Part shown: one piece after another, positions 1 through 11,992 of the stretch
Numbering within the stretch: the stretch's first letter is position 1
Layout of the letters: each line of letters starts with the position of its first letter
From: Laetmonice hystrix
Taxonomy: Eukaryota
Assembly (NCBI GenBank): GCA_965235115.1
Contig: OZ249436.1
Location: forward strand, 2,048,001 to 2,112,000
Reading direction: 5' to 3'
DNA: 64,000 nt
Notes under the pieces: model-generated
Told to the model about the DNA's origin: nothing
Seen by the model: the letters and a program-made list of their open reading frames with translations, nothing else
Database searches by the model: none
Made by a program: the position numbers and the translations under genes

Positions 1-205
1 TTTGATGGGAGGGGGGGGGGAGATTTTATGAATAAATTTCCTGGCTCCAATTTCTTCGGGAAAAAATAATTTGGCTGCCCCTGTCATTGAATAGAGATGC
101 ATTGAAATGTCTAAAAAAAATTCCGGATCTGAAATTGTGTGAAAAAAATATTCTGTCCAAACTAAATCTCCCCCCCCCCATCAAAGTTAAATGGTCCGCC
201 CCTTA
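1..205. mobile_element. MITE, left end cut by the window edge (possibly PIF/Harbinger-like)
   Basis: Window start TTTGATGGGAGGGGGGGGGGAGATTT is the inverted copy of AAATCTCCCCCCCCCCATCAAA near 164-185. That copy continues GTTAAATGGTCCGCCCCTTA, a TIR-like end. The interior is AT-rich and non-coding. Confidence 0.6.
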
Positions 206-323
206 GAACCTTTCTGAAACCGGGGCCCATCAGTTTCGTAGGAATATGCCATTGGGGAGTGACTAAGTTAGAACTGGCATGAGTGTGTTTGGAGTAGGAG
301 GCGGAGTGTGGGGGTGGGTGGGT

Positions 324-484
324 GGCAGGTACAGGTTAGACCACCTGTCAGATATCGTCACGTTGACAGGAGTTGACAGGCAGTCAGGACGACACGCCAA
401 TGGTATGGCAGGTACGGGTTAAACCACCTGTCAGATATCGTCACGTTGACAGGAGTTGACAGGCAGTCAGAACGACACGCCAAT
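324..484. repeat. 83-bp direct tandem duplication (2 copies)
   Basis: GGCAGGTAC.GGTTA.ACCACCTGTCAGATATCGTCACGTTGACAGGAGTTGACAGGCAGTCAG.ACGACACGCCAAT starts at 324 and again at 407. Confidence 0.9.
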
Positions 485-1014
485 AAGTGACAGGAGGAAG
501 AGGATATGGAGATGTAATGATAGGAGAGTGGCTGTCCCTATTAAATCTCCCATACGACTCGGCTTGGAGATTGTGGGGGCGACTGTCGCCCACTAATGGC
601 CCACTGTCCAGTCCGTAACAGATTGCGGAAATTTGATTTAACATAACTTCAGCCAAGGCAATTCCATTAGCCAAACTATTAAGGTGATATTCCGGACAGT
701 TTTTCTCATACATTAACCATGTAGTAAAATTGATTAAGCCGCCAATAATTCTATATAAAAAGATATCGATTGTTTTGAGGTACGATTTACTAGGTTCCTA
801 GTAAGGACTTTATCCGAATATACCTCAAAATGCAAAAAGATTGTGCAAAAGTGGACTTTTGAAAGAAGCTAAGTACTACACCTCCAGCTTGAGCTTTGTA
901 GGTATTTTACAAATGTTGCAAAGGAGATTTCATGTTGTATTTATGGTGATATTTGATGCGGGTCTAGAGCAATTTAATGTAAGAATTGAAAAGTGACCTA
1001 CATAATGTAGTATT

Positions 1015-1056
1015 GGCTAATAAAATGTTCTTTTCTTCTTATCTTTGCAGGTAAGT
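1015..1056 (+). promoter_or_regulatory. 3' splice acceptor abutting a 5' donor (candidate recursive splice site)
   Basis: Branch-like GGCTAAT at 1015-1021, pyrimidine tract TTCTTTTCTTCTTATCTTT, CAG ending at 1050, then GTAAGT at 1051-1056. Confidence 0.5.
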
Positions 1057-1201
1057 ACTCACCTGTGGTCTCCGTATGTATGCCGTTGTTTGAGCGTGTC
1101 ACGCATCTGATAATTTAAGGTAACATGTACATATCTCCGAATTTTGGTGGTCAGAAATAAAACTAAACTACCCCTATACTCCAGACCCTAACGCCTATAT
1201 T

Positions 1202-1333
1202 CCAGGGGCTGGTTTCTCAGTCTTTGGGCAAGTCTCTTGCCTTACTTGCCTGACACGAATGGACTGTCCAACCGGCCTGGAATAAAAGGTAATGCAAGGA
1301 CGGGAATAGTGTGACAAAGAATCCGGCCCCTGG
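1202..1333. mobile_element. Short MITE with imperfect TIRs (Harbinger-like)
   Basis: Left CCAGGGGCTGGTTTCTC versus right-end reverse complement CCAGGGGCCGGATTCTT (14/17). TSD unclear. Confidence 0.5.
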
Positions 1334-1366
1334 TGTTCAAATCTCTCCAGAATACGCATCCCTTAA

Positions 1367-1893
1367 AGGGGCATATTAATTATGAGGAAACATTGAAAAT
1401 CGGTATTTCATAGAACTTTTGCTGTTTTCATAAAGAGATCCTTCATTAAAATTAGTATTGGTAAACAAAGACAGACTTATCAGTTTCATTTTGCGTGAGA
1501 AATCGAAGTTAATTAAGCTCCCTTGCCCACTTCTCTGCCGATTTCGTAAACTATTTTTTGGGTGGCATTCTGATGCCGGGCGATCGAGTGCCACTGCTGA
1601 ATTGTTCACAACTAAACGAAGCACGTGACTAAGCACATGCAGCGAGTGCACACGCAGGATCTGACACAGTATGCAATTACACGGGTTGATGGGAGGTTGT
1701 CTGCCAAATTATGGTGGGAGATCGGGAGAAATCTATAGGTTTGGTCGTATAGAACCTACTTGTGCTGCATACGCAGCGAAAACACGTCGGAGGACAAAAT
1801 GCTGTGGTAGGATTATTTACTTGGATCCTTAGTACACGGTCATGTTGGATAATTGCCGGAAATCCTCAAAAACGTGTTTCATAGCATGCCCCT
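1367..1893. mobile_element. Non-autonomous TTAA-flanked DNA transposon (Kolobok/piggyBac-type)
   Basis: TTAA|AGGGGCAT ... ATGCCCCT|TTAA, with TTAA at 1363-1366 and 1894-1897. Purine-purine termini plus a TTAA TSD fit Kolobok. Confidence 0.7.
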
Positions 1894-2532
1894 TTAACTG
1901 GGCCTGCTTCTAGCTGTACACTACCCCAAACTACGTGGGAGTGGTACTAAGGGTGAATAACAAACCTTTCGTGAGTTTAGAATCGTTCAAGGAGTAGACC
2001 GAGCCGATGTCAGCGAACGTCTGACTACAATATGTTGGTGATGATGTATAAAAGAATTGACCAATAACATCTGTTCCTTGCCGTAATATGGCATTATGTC
2101 GACTCTGAAAAATAGATGAGAATAGAGTTACAACTCTGTCGATAACATTCCCATAGTGTCAGTGCTTTCTCTATCAGACAGAGAATTGACAACTAAAGTG
2201 TCTCCTGCTTGACTTTGACCGCCGCGGTGGATATTTCTCAAGGTGACAGGACAACCATTAGCGACCGGAAGTCGTAAAACCTCGACACGAGGTCAGACCT
2301 TCCCGGAAATTATAGACTCGCCATCCCCAGCTTCTCTAATCTCTGACTGAAACTTCGCAGGCTTTCACCGGAACTTTCAAATAATCCCGACACTAGACGA
2401 GGGATTTGATGTCAATCGTGGTCTTATGATACAGACACAGCGCGGTGGTTGGGGGTGATGGTATAGGAAGGAGAGGGTCAGGGGGTGGGGACGACCTTCA
2501 GGACGTCATTTGGGGGGGGGGGGCATCCCAGA

Positions 2533-2840
2533 GGCCTGTACCCACTATCGCGTTTTACCGCTGTGGTCCCCGCTGCGGAAAACGGCGATGCACAATACCG
2601 AGATTGGTACAACTGAATTTCATAGAATGGTTTCCACTTGGGCGATGCAGCAAAAATGCCCGATTGACCCCCCTGGGGCCGACGCACAGGGGAAAATCCG
2701 TTGCAAAAAAAGCAATCGAAGCGAATCACCGCAGCGGATTCCTGGGTCATAGTATTGTATGACATGCGCTTTTCCGCCAAAGTGGCGGGAATTTGCAGCG
2801 TTTTGGGAAGAACGAAAAAACGTTATAGTGGGTACAGGCC
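2533..2840. mobile_element. MITE with about 24-bp TIRs (PIF/Harbinger-like)
   Basis: Left GGCCTGTACCCACTATCGCGTTTT; right AAAACGTTATAGTGGGTACAGGCC (reverse complement GGCCTGTACCCACTATAACGTTTT). Confidence 0.8.
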
Positions 2841-2924
2841 TTAACTTAAGCACTGCGTAGGACGCCTGCTGCTGGTCCCCTGCTGCTCAGCTTCAACCAG
2901 CCAATGAGAGACCCTAAGCAGAGC

Positions 2925-3323
2925 CATAGGCGCCAGAAGCGGGGGGGGGGGCAGGGGGGGGGGCGACCGCCCCCTCAATAATCTGGTTGGGGGGGCATCG
3001 CCCCCCCAATAATCTGTGATCATGACTGAAAAAAGGCAGGTTTTTCCACATACAGTAGGCCTGTTGAAACCATGACTTGGGTGCGTCAAAGACTGGGTCG
3101 ATTGTCCTAATGATACATTGATACATTGTAATTTATTCATTTACCCCTTCAAAACATAAAAAATCCTGCCTCAAAATGGCGTAGAAAAGCGTTTTAAGGT
3201 GTGTAGTTTTTTAAATTTTCTTGGGGAGGGCCTCCGATCCTGCTTTACTAAGCATGTTGTAGCATATGACTTTCGCTTCAGCTCTCTTGCCCCCCCAATA
3301 ATAATTTGCTTCCGGCGCCCCTG
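2925..3323. mobile_element. hAT-like MITE with 8-bp TSD
   Basis: Ends CATAGGCGCCAGAAGC ... GCTTCCGGCGCCCCTG. Perfect flanking direct repeat AGCAGAGC at 2917-2924 and 3324-3331. An 8-bp TSD with CA..TG termini fits hAT. Confidence 0.85.
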
Positions 3324-4864
3324 AGCAGAGCGTAACTTAAGAGCTTTTTGTGAAACCGGGCCCTGGCCGTACGGTATACCGTATACATACTCCCACTGAT
3401 GAGGCTAGTCTTAAGGGCTGTATCCAACTGTATCCAGCCCGTTCCGAAAAATCATGGGTGTGGTTGGCCCCATAAAACTTACACGGTGTCAAAATTTGGG
3501 CTAAGTGGATACGTCCCTTTACTGCAGTCATTGTTGAAGGCTGCTCGTTCCTAACGACTTCATTAAGGCGTGTCCCTATCTCACCCCCACTGCGAGTAAA
3601 TTAACGATATCGATGTTAACGATGACCCTGAGTAAGACAGATGGCTTGGAAAGCCACCCAGAACATGGCACCCATGTGGTAACCGAGTCCAACCGAGAGA
3701 CATGAATGGAAATGGGCGAGTTTCCATGGTGAATAAAAACATCGATGTTGGTGAGAGGTGTGCTAAGATCCTGTATGGCAATCCTGACCGTGTAGAACTC
3801 CGGCCAAGCCTCGCCCCAACCTCCTGGACGCCCCCCCCCCCCCACCTCCCTGTCTCCCAGACTCCACCAGGGGGCGCCCTGTATAAAGTAGCCTCGTTAT
3901 GGACGGTGGAGTCGTCTGAAACCGGTATCGAGGCTGTAAGTGGAAGACTCGGATCTCCTCGCCCGGTAAAAAAAACCCTCAGTGATAAACGCCCAGTCGT
4001 GGACAAAGAGCGCTTCAGAAGCTGGGCTTTGGAGGCTCTGTATGGGAGGCTCCACGTGGGAGGCTCTGCATGGGAGGCGAGCTGTTCTTTATTGACGATC
4101 TGAGCTTTGATTTCTCCATAGGAGGGGTGTTAGCCCGTCACAGAGGAGTAGCAGGCAGGATCACACAGACTGGTATTTGGCCCTCTACTCTTGCTGTTGT
4201 CATCCCTGAATGATACACGTTTTTATAGTCAGTTTGTGGAGTGCCTACCAACTGTTGTCGGCTTGCTGACTGATATACTGCGGCTGGTATGGCCTTCTAT
4301 AATAACTTATGTATATTCATACAGCTGTGAGCTGTCCTTGAGTTCCAGTCATGACTTCTATAACATATTAGACAAGGTTTTGTCAGTAAGCTTGATCTCC
4401 AATGTAAAACTGTCTGAGCTCGAGCTTTTACTTTTAATTAATGGTCCCTGAACAGGACAATATGCATAAACTAGCTGGAATGAACTGCAGGTAAGGAACA
4501 CAGTTTTACACCCAGAGGATATTCTTCAGTATTTAATCCCCTGCTTCAAAAGGTTCCCCTCATAAGGTTTTCTTTTAGAATTTGTTTTTATTGGATATTT
4601 CATCAACTAATCTTAGCAAGAATTGACGAAGAGTGTTTCAGTGACTAGATACTGGGATACCTGACTACTGACAATCTCTTGTGGGTAGATAGATGTATGG
4701 ATACATAGAGACAGATACAGAGTGGCGGGAATTTGCAGCGTTTTGGGAAGAACGAAAAAACGTTATAGTGGGTACAGGCCTTAACTTAAGCACTGCGTAG
4801 GACGCCTGCTGCTGGTCCCCTGCTGCTCAGCTTCAACCAGCCAATGAGAGACCCTAAGCAGAGC

Positions 4865-5263
4865 CATAGGCGCCAGAAGCGGGGGGGGGGGGCAGGGGGG
4901 GGGCGACCGCCCCCTCAATAATCTGGTTGGGGGGGCATCGCCCCCCCAATAATCTGTGATCATGACTGAAAAAAGGCAGGTTTTTCCACATACAGTAGGC
5001 CTGTTGAAACCATGACTTGGGTGCGTCAAAGACTGGGTCGATTGTCCTAATGATACATTGATACATTGTAATTTATTCATTTACCCCTTCAAAACATAAA
5101 AAATCCTGCCTCAAAATGGCGTAGAAAAGCGTTTTAAGGTGTGTAGTTTTTTAAATTTTCTTGGGGAGGGCCTCCGATCCTGCTTTACTAAGCATGTTGT
5201 AGCATATGACTTTCGCTTCAGCTCTCTTGCCCCCCCAATAATAATTTGCTTCCGGCGCCCCTG
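4865..5263. mobile_element. hAT-like MITE, duplicated copy
   Basis: Same element and AGCAGAGC TSD, at +1940 inside the duplication. Confidence 0.85.
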
Positions 5264-6625
5264 AGCAGAGCGTAACTTAAGAGCTTTTTGTGAAACCGGG
5301 CCCTGGCCGTACGGTATACCGTATACATACTCCCACTGATGAGGCTAGTCTTAAGGGCTGTATCCAACTGTATCCAGCCCGTTCCGAAAAATCATGGGTG
5401 TGGTTGGCCCCATAAAACTTACACGGTGTCAAAATTTGGGCTAAGTGGATACGTCCCTTTACTGCAGTCATTGTTGAAGGCTGCTCGTTCCTAACGACTT
5501 CATTAAGGCGTGTCCCTACCTCACCCCCACTGCGGGTAAATTAACGATATCGATGTTAACGATGACCCTGAGTAAGACAGATAAGGCTTAGAACGACACC
5601 CAGAACATGGCACCCATGTGGTAACCGAGTCCAACCGAGAGACATGAATGGAAATGGGCGAGTTTCCATGGTGAATAAAAACATCGATGTTGGTGAGAGG
5701 TGTGCTAAGATCCTGTATGGCAATCCTGACCGTGTAGAACTCCGGCCAAGCCTCGCCCCAACCTCCTGGACGCCCCCCCCCCCCCACCTCCCTGTCTCCC
5801 AGACTCCACCAGGGGGCGCCCTGTATAAAGTAGCCTCGTTATGGACGGTGGAGTCGTCTGAAACCGGTATCGAGGCTGTAAGTGGAAGACTCGGATCTCC
5901 TCGCCCGGTAAAAAAAACCCTCAGTGATAAACGCTCAGTCGTGGACAAAGAGCGCTTCAGAAGCTGGGCTTTGGAGACTCTGCATGGGAGGCTCCACGTG
6001 GGAGGCTCTGCATGGGAGGCGAGCTGTTCTTTATTGACGATCTGAGCTTTGATTTCTCCATAGGAGGGGTGTTAGCCCGTCACAGAGGAGTAGCAGGCAG
6101 GATCACACAGACTGGTATTTGGCCCTCTACTCTTGCTGTTGTCATCCCTGAATGATACACGTTTTTATAGTCAGTTTGTGGAGTGCCTACCAACTGTTGT
6201 CGGCTTGCTGACTGATATACTGCGGCTGGTATGGCCTTCTATAATAACTTATGTATATTCATACAGCTGTGAGCTGTCCTTGAGTTCCAGTCATGACTTC
6301 TATAACATATTAGACAAGGTTTTGTCAGTAAGCTTGATCTCCAATGTAAAACTGTCTGAGCTCGAGCTTTTACTTTTAATTAATGGTCCCTAAACAGGAC
6401 AATATGCATGAACTAGCTGGAATGAACTGCAGGTAAGGAACACACTTTTACACCCAGAGGATATTCTTCAGTATTTAATCCCCTGCTTCAAAAGGTTCCC
6501 CTCATAAGGTTTTCTTTTAGAATTTGTTTTTATTGGATATTTCAACAACTAATCTTAGCAAGAATTGACGAAGAGTGTTTCAGTGACTAGATACTGGGAT
6601 ACCTGACTACTGACAATCTCTTGTG

Positions 6626-6700
6626 GGTAGATAGATGGATGGATACATACAGACAGAGACAGAGACAGAGAAACACAAAGAGACAGACACACACAGAGAA
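6626..6700. repeat. Compound microsatellite (TAGA/TGGA/CAGAGA/CA)
   Basis: Direct reading. A shorter version sits at the duplication junction, 4686-4720. Confidence 0.8.
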
Positions 6701-7592
6701 ACAGGTCGGCGCAGTGACTGTGGAGTACATGAAAATGGCGCTACCTCAGTGCATGAAGATGGGAGTTGGGAAACCCCCCAGCAATCTGAGAAAAACACTT
6801 CATTGTTCAACTTTTCTTAGTTGAACAGATAAAAACATATACACTTACAAACGTTTTATCTGATGCATTAACTGCAGAATTATGCAGGGGCACTTACAGC
6901 CTTTTGACAGTAACTCTTCTCAAGTTTATTTAGGCATATCCCAGTAACTAATTTCCGTGACTCACAACACTTCTGCACTGACGATTCGCGTGACATTGTC
7001 ACCGACAGCCGTTCTGTACCATTGTGATGTGCCACGTTACTAAAGGATGATGTTTCTCGACGCCCTCCGACTTTTTGGTCCTAGAAACTTGACCTTGTTG
7101 TGAGGTTTTCCTGGCACGTTTCGCGTCGCCTTGGTAACCGTGCTGCCACCTGTTGTCCGGATTTTTGACAGCGTTCCATGGAAACGTTTCCGTTTCTGTT
7201 TCCATCCGCTGTTGGTATTTGATTTTGTCAGCTCTGTCCGTGCGTGTATCCATGTTTGATGGTGGGGCACGGTGGCTGATTGACACATTTACCTGAGCCT
7301 TATTATGATTGATGGCGATTTGTTGTGTGTTTTTTTAATCAGAGTGTTCTCACAGGTGATGAAGTCGATCATGGCTGTCAGTAACTCCTGCCGTTTAACA
7401 CCTCAGGCTGGGTGTCCATAGAGGGCACGTGTTCACGTGTCACGCTTCACGGTTCACGTCCTTGACGGTTTCCACCAAGTTCACGTTGATGGTTCACGTC
7501 AGAGAAAACGAGCAACCTCGCTCGTTCGTGACATGAGGGTGAAGAGTGAAGCCGTGAACGCCTGTGGAATCCCAGCCTTAGATTTCGGTTTT

Positions 7593-9298
7593 GTGACGGT
7601 ACCTGTTACTGAACGTACCGTGACAGCTGTCAGTGACAGAGCCAGTGACTGTGATGAACGTACCCCAGCTGTCAGTGACAGAGCCAGTGACGGTGCTGAA
7701 CGTACCCCAGCTGTCAGTGACAGAACCAGTGACTGTGCTGAACGTACCACAGCTGTCAGTGACAGAGCCAGTGACGGTGCTGAACGTACCCCAGCTGTCA
7801 GTGACAGAGCTAGTGACGGTACCTGTTACTGAACGTACCACAGCTGTCAGTGACAGAGCCAGTGACGGTGCTGAACGTACCACAGCTGTCAGTGACAGAG
7901 CCAGTGACGGTACCTGTTACTGAACGTACCCCAGCTGTCAGTGACAGAGCCAGTGACGGTACCTGTTACTGAACGTACCCCAGCTGTCAGTGACAGAGCC
8001 AGTGACGGTACCTGTTACTGAACGTACCCCAGCTGTCAGTGACAGAGCCAGTGACGGTGCTGAACGTACCCCAGCTGTCAGTGACAGAGCCAGTGACGGT
8101 GCTGAACGTACCACAGCTGTCAGTGACAGAGCCAGTGACGGTGCTGAACGTATCCCAGCTGTCAGTGACAGAGCCAGTGACTGTGCTGAACGTACCCCAG
8201 CTGTCAGTGACAGAGCCAGTGACTGTGCTGAACGTACCACAGCTGTCAGTGACAGAGCCAGTGACGGTGCTGAACGTACCCCAGCTGTCAGTGACAGAGC
8301 CAGTGACGGTACCTGTTACTGAACGTACCCCAGCTGTCAGTGACAGAGCCAGTGACGGTGCTGAACGTACCCCAGCTGTCAGTGACAGAGCCAGTGACGG
8401 TGCTGAACGTACCCCAGCTGTCAGTGACAGAGCCAGTGACTGTGCTGAACGTACCCCAGCTGTCAGTGACAGAGCCAGTGACTGTGCTGAACGTACCACA
8501 GCTGTCAGTGACAGAGCCAGTGACGGTACCTGTTACTGAACGTACCCCAGCTGTCAGTGACAGAGCCAGTGACGGTGCTGAACGTACCCCAGCTGTCAGT
8601 GACAGAGCCAGTGACGGTGCTGAACGTACCCCAGCTGTCAGTGACAGAGCCAGTGACGGTGCTGAACGTACCACAGCTGTCAGTGACAGAGCCAGTGACT
8701 GTGCTGAACGTACCACAGCTGTCAGTGACAGAGCCAGTGACTGTGCTGAACGTACCCCAGCTGTCAGTGACAGCCAGTGACGGTGCTGAACGTACCCCAG
8801 CTGTCAGTGACAGAGCCAGTGACTGTGATGAACGTACTACAGCTGTCAGTGACAGAGCCAGTGACGGTGCTGAACGTACCCCAGCTGTCAGTGACAGAGC
8901 CAGTGACGGTGCTGAACGTACCACAGCTGTCAGTAACAGAGCCAGTGACTGTGATGAACGTACTACAGCTGTCAGTGACAGAGCCAGTGACTGTGATGAA
9001 CGTACCACAGCTGTCAGTGACAGAGCCAGTGACTGTGATGAACGTACCCCAGCTGTCAGTGACAGAACCAGTGACGGTGCTGAACGTACCACAGCTGTCA
9101 GTGACAGAGCCAGTGACGGTACCTGTTGCTGAACGTACCACAGCTGTCAGTGACAGAGCCAGTGACTGTGCTGAACGTACCACAGCTGTCAGTGACAGAG
9201 CCAGTGACGGTGCTGAACGTACCATGACAGCTGTCAGTGACAGAGCCAGTGACGGTGCTAAACGTACCACAGCTGTCAGTGACAGAGCCAGTGACGGT
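7593..9298. repeat. Minisatellite, 42-bp unit with a 49-bp variant
   Basis: GTGACGGTGCTGAACGTACCCCAGCTGTCAGTGACAGAGCCA; the variant carries ACCTGTTA in place of one G. Confidence 0.97.
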
Positions 9299-9504
9299 AT
9301 CAGAATTCTCACGTGTCACTGCGTGTATTATTTGAGCTCCACTCCACTCCCTGAGTTTACAAGTCGATGATGACAGCAGGGGGATGGAGACCGAGGCCGG
9401 AGCCGACAGGAACAACCTCGATCATCTGATTACTGTTGACGAGTTACAGTGTCAGCGCTTGCCGCCAGACGAGATGACAGTTAACCCGGCCTGGCAGCGA
9501 CCGG

Positions 9505-9690
9505 CGGGGCCGGGGAGCGGGGCCGGGGAGCGGGGCCGGGGAGCGGGGCCGGGGAGTGGGGCCAGGGAGTGGCGCCGGGGAGTGGGGCCGAGGAGCGGGG
9601 CCGGGGAGCGGGGCCGGGGAGCGGGGCGGGGGAGCGGCGCCAGGGAGTGGGGCCGAGGAGTCCGGCCAAGGAGTCCGGCCGGGGAGCCGC
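9505..9690. repeat. G-rich 13-bp repeat, G-quadruplex-prone
   Basis: (CGGGGCCGGGGAG)n, degenerating to the right. Confidence 0.9.
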
Positions 9691-10298
9691 AGATAGAGTA
9701 GGCCTACGTGTAGCGACTATAGCATGACTGAGCCCCCCACGGGTCACGGAGGGTTTGTTTAGGGGCAGATGTAGCACACACGACTGGTACGATAGATGGT
9801 CCCTACTCACGACACGGCCATGACGTGATGACGTGACGACCGCCTCCGGACGGTGAACGCCGCCACCAGGGGGCAGGGCAGGCGTAACGACGCACGTGCT
9901 CGCGACCCTAGCACGGGCAATGGGGCTCCGCGGCCAAATTGTGGCCATTGGGTTAATTGTTTTATTGGATGAAATGGCGCCCAGTAATAGTGGAACGGCT
10001 CGAAGCCAAGCAAGGATTAATGGGACTCGATCATTCCATTTGAAACGTGATTGTTGTTCATGTATAGGACCCCTGTCATAAATCGACGCATTCCACTTGC
10101 CAGAACTGGTTTGCCCTGCCGCTGGGACGATTCCAGCTACAGTGGCACGACTCAGACTTGGCCTTTCATAGTCCTGTCCCTTTGGAGGTGAGGTGTTTTT
10201 TCTACCGTTCAATTAAGTCGTAATGTGCAAGTTGATTGTGCTTGACCGTGTCAGTAAATACCCGCAGTGGGAGTGACAAAGTCGGACCGTGTCAGTAA

Positions 10299-11150
10299 AT
10301 TTGTACCCACAATGGGAGTGACCATTTGTACCCGTAATGGGAGTGACCATTTGTACCCGCAATGGGAGTGACCATTTGTACCCGCAATGGGAGTGACCAT
10401 TTGTATCCACAATGGGAGTGACCATTTGTATCCACAATGGGAGTGACCATTTGTATCCACAATGGGAGTGACCATTTGTATCCACAATGGGAGTGACCAT
10501 TTGTATCCACAATGGGAGTGACCATTTGTATCCACAATGGGAGTGACCATTTGTATCCACAATGGGAGTGACCATTTGCACCCGCAATGGGAGTGACCAT
10601 TTGCACCCGCAATGGGAGTGACCATTTGTACCCGCAATGGGAGTGACCATTTGTACCCGCAATGGGAGTGACCATTTGTACCCACAATGGGAGTGACCAT
10701 TTGTACCCGCAATGGGAGTGACCATTTGTACCCGCAATGGGAGTGACCATTTGTACCCGCAATGGGAGTGACCATTTGTACCCGCAATGGGAGCGACCAT
10801 TTGTACCCGCAATGGGAGCGACCATTTGTACCCGCAATGGGAGTGACCATTTGCACCCGCAATGGGAGTGACCATTTGTACCCGCAATGGGAGTGACCAT
10901 TTGTACCCGCAATGGGAGTGACCATTTGTACCCGCAATGGGAGTGACCATTTGTACCCGCAATGGGAGTGACCATTTGTACCCGCAATGGGAGTGACCAT
11001 TTGTACCCGCAATGGGAGTGACCATTTGTACCCGCAATGGGAGTGACCATTTGTACCCGCAATGGGAGTGACCATTTGTACCCGCAATGGGAGTGACCAT
11101 TTGTACCCGCCGTGGGAGTGACCATTTTGTACCCGCAGTGGGAGTGACTA
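10299..11150. repeat. Minisatellite, 25-bp unit
   Basis: GGGAGTGACCATTTGTACCCGCAAT, with a clustered TCCAC variant block at about 10400-10560. Confidence 0.97.
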
Positions 11151-11992
11151 TTAAAGTCGGACGCAGACACAGCTGGCGGGTACATGCATACGTTTCCTTT
11201 GGACGTCGCGACGGACAAAATTCATGCTGCATGAGTTTTTCAAAGTCCTCTTCTCCAATAAAAAAAGATGCACTCAATAATTCTGGGGTTGCATCTAGAT
11301 GTTTGAAAACAGAGAAAGGGAGGCTGCTGTGTTGTCACCCAAGGCAGTTGACACCCACTTAAATATACTCGCTTGGCAGCACGGCGCAAGTCAAAAATTG
11401 GCAACGTAATCTCACAGTGGCATTAGAATTTAATATTGGTGCACACAAGGCGCCCTCGTGCGGCGAACGGGAGAGGCTGTGGGACAACAGGTACACAGAG
11501 ACCTGTCTGCTTCAGTTCTCAGATCTCTGTCGGTCCTCGGAGATAGCGCCACCTGTCGGTTGTTCTCACGCTCACCATCCCGGCCATTGGCTGAAATAAC
11601 CGCTCACAGATCCTGCACGGGAGCCTGGGTAAGCCGCAGGGGACCAGGCACCGCTTGCCCAACTAGGCCCATTTCTTTGAGAAGCTATATGGCGGATTTC
11701 CCCGTAAGACCAGCCGAACCGGTGGTTAATCCAAAGACAAACACCCAGCGTTCGTCCTCGAATATAGCGTCACCTGTTTTCATGGTGGCTCAAACACGTG
11801 GAGATAACCGGGTTACATGGTTTGGTCGGGAACTGAAGGACTAACAAATAGACAAACATCTCAGACCATAAGTCTCCTAGAGTCTAGACTAGCAGGGAAG
11901 AGGCTGCATGTCGGCTCGATATACGGTCAGCAACTTACTTCCTGGTCAGTGGGATATAAGAAATATAATTTTGTCATTCAGGTAGTGTCTCC

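Larger units (their letters stand above)
2781..6660. repeat. Tandem segmental duplication, about 1940-bp unit (2781-4720 and 4721-about 6660)
   Basis: AGTGGCGGGAATTTGCAGCG occurs at 2781 and 4721. The copies are colinear to the (TAGA/CAGA) microsatellite. The ORF track repeats with offset 1940-1942. Confidence 0.97.

Noticed and set aside
441..713. 90-aa minus-strand ORF
   Set aside because: No recognisable homology, and it ends inside the 83-bp duplication.
4482..4496. CTGCAG|GTAAGG as a second recursive splice site
   Set aside because: No polypyrimidine tract upstream.
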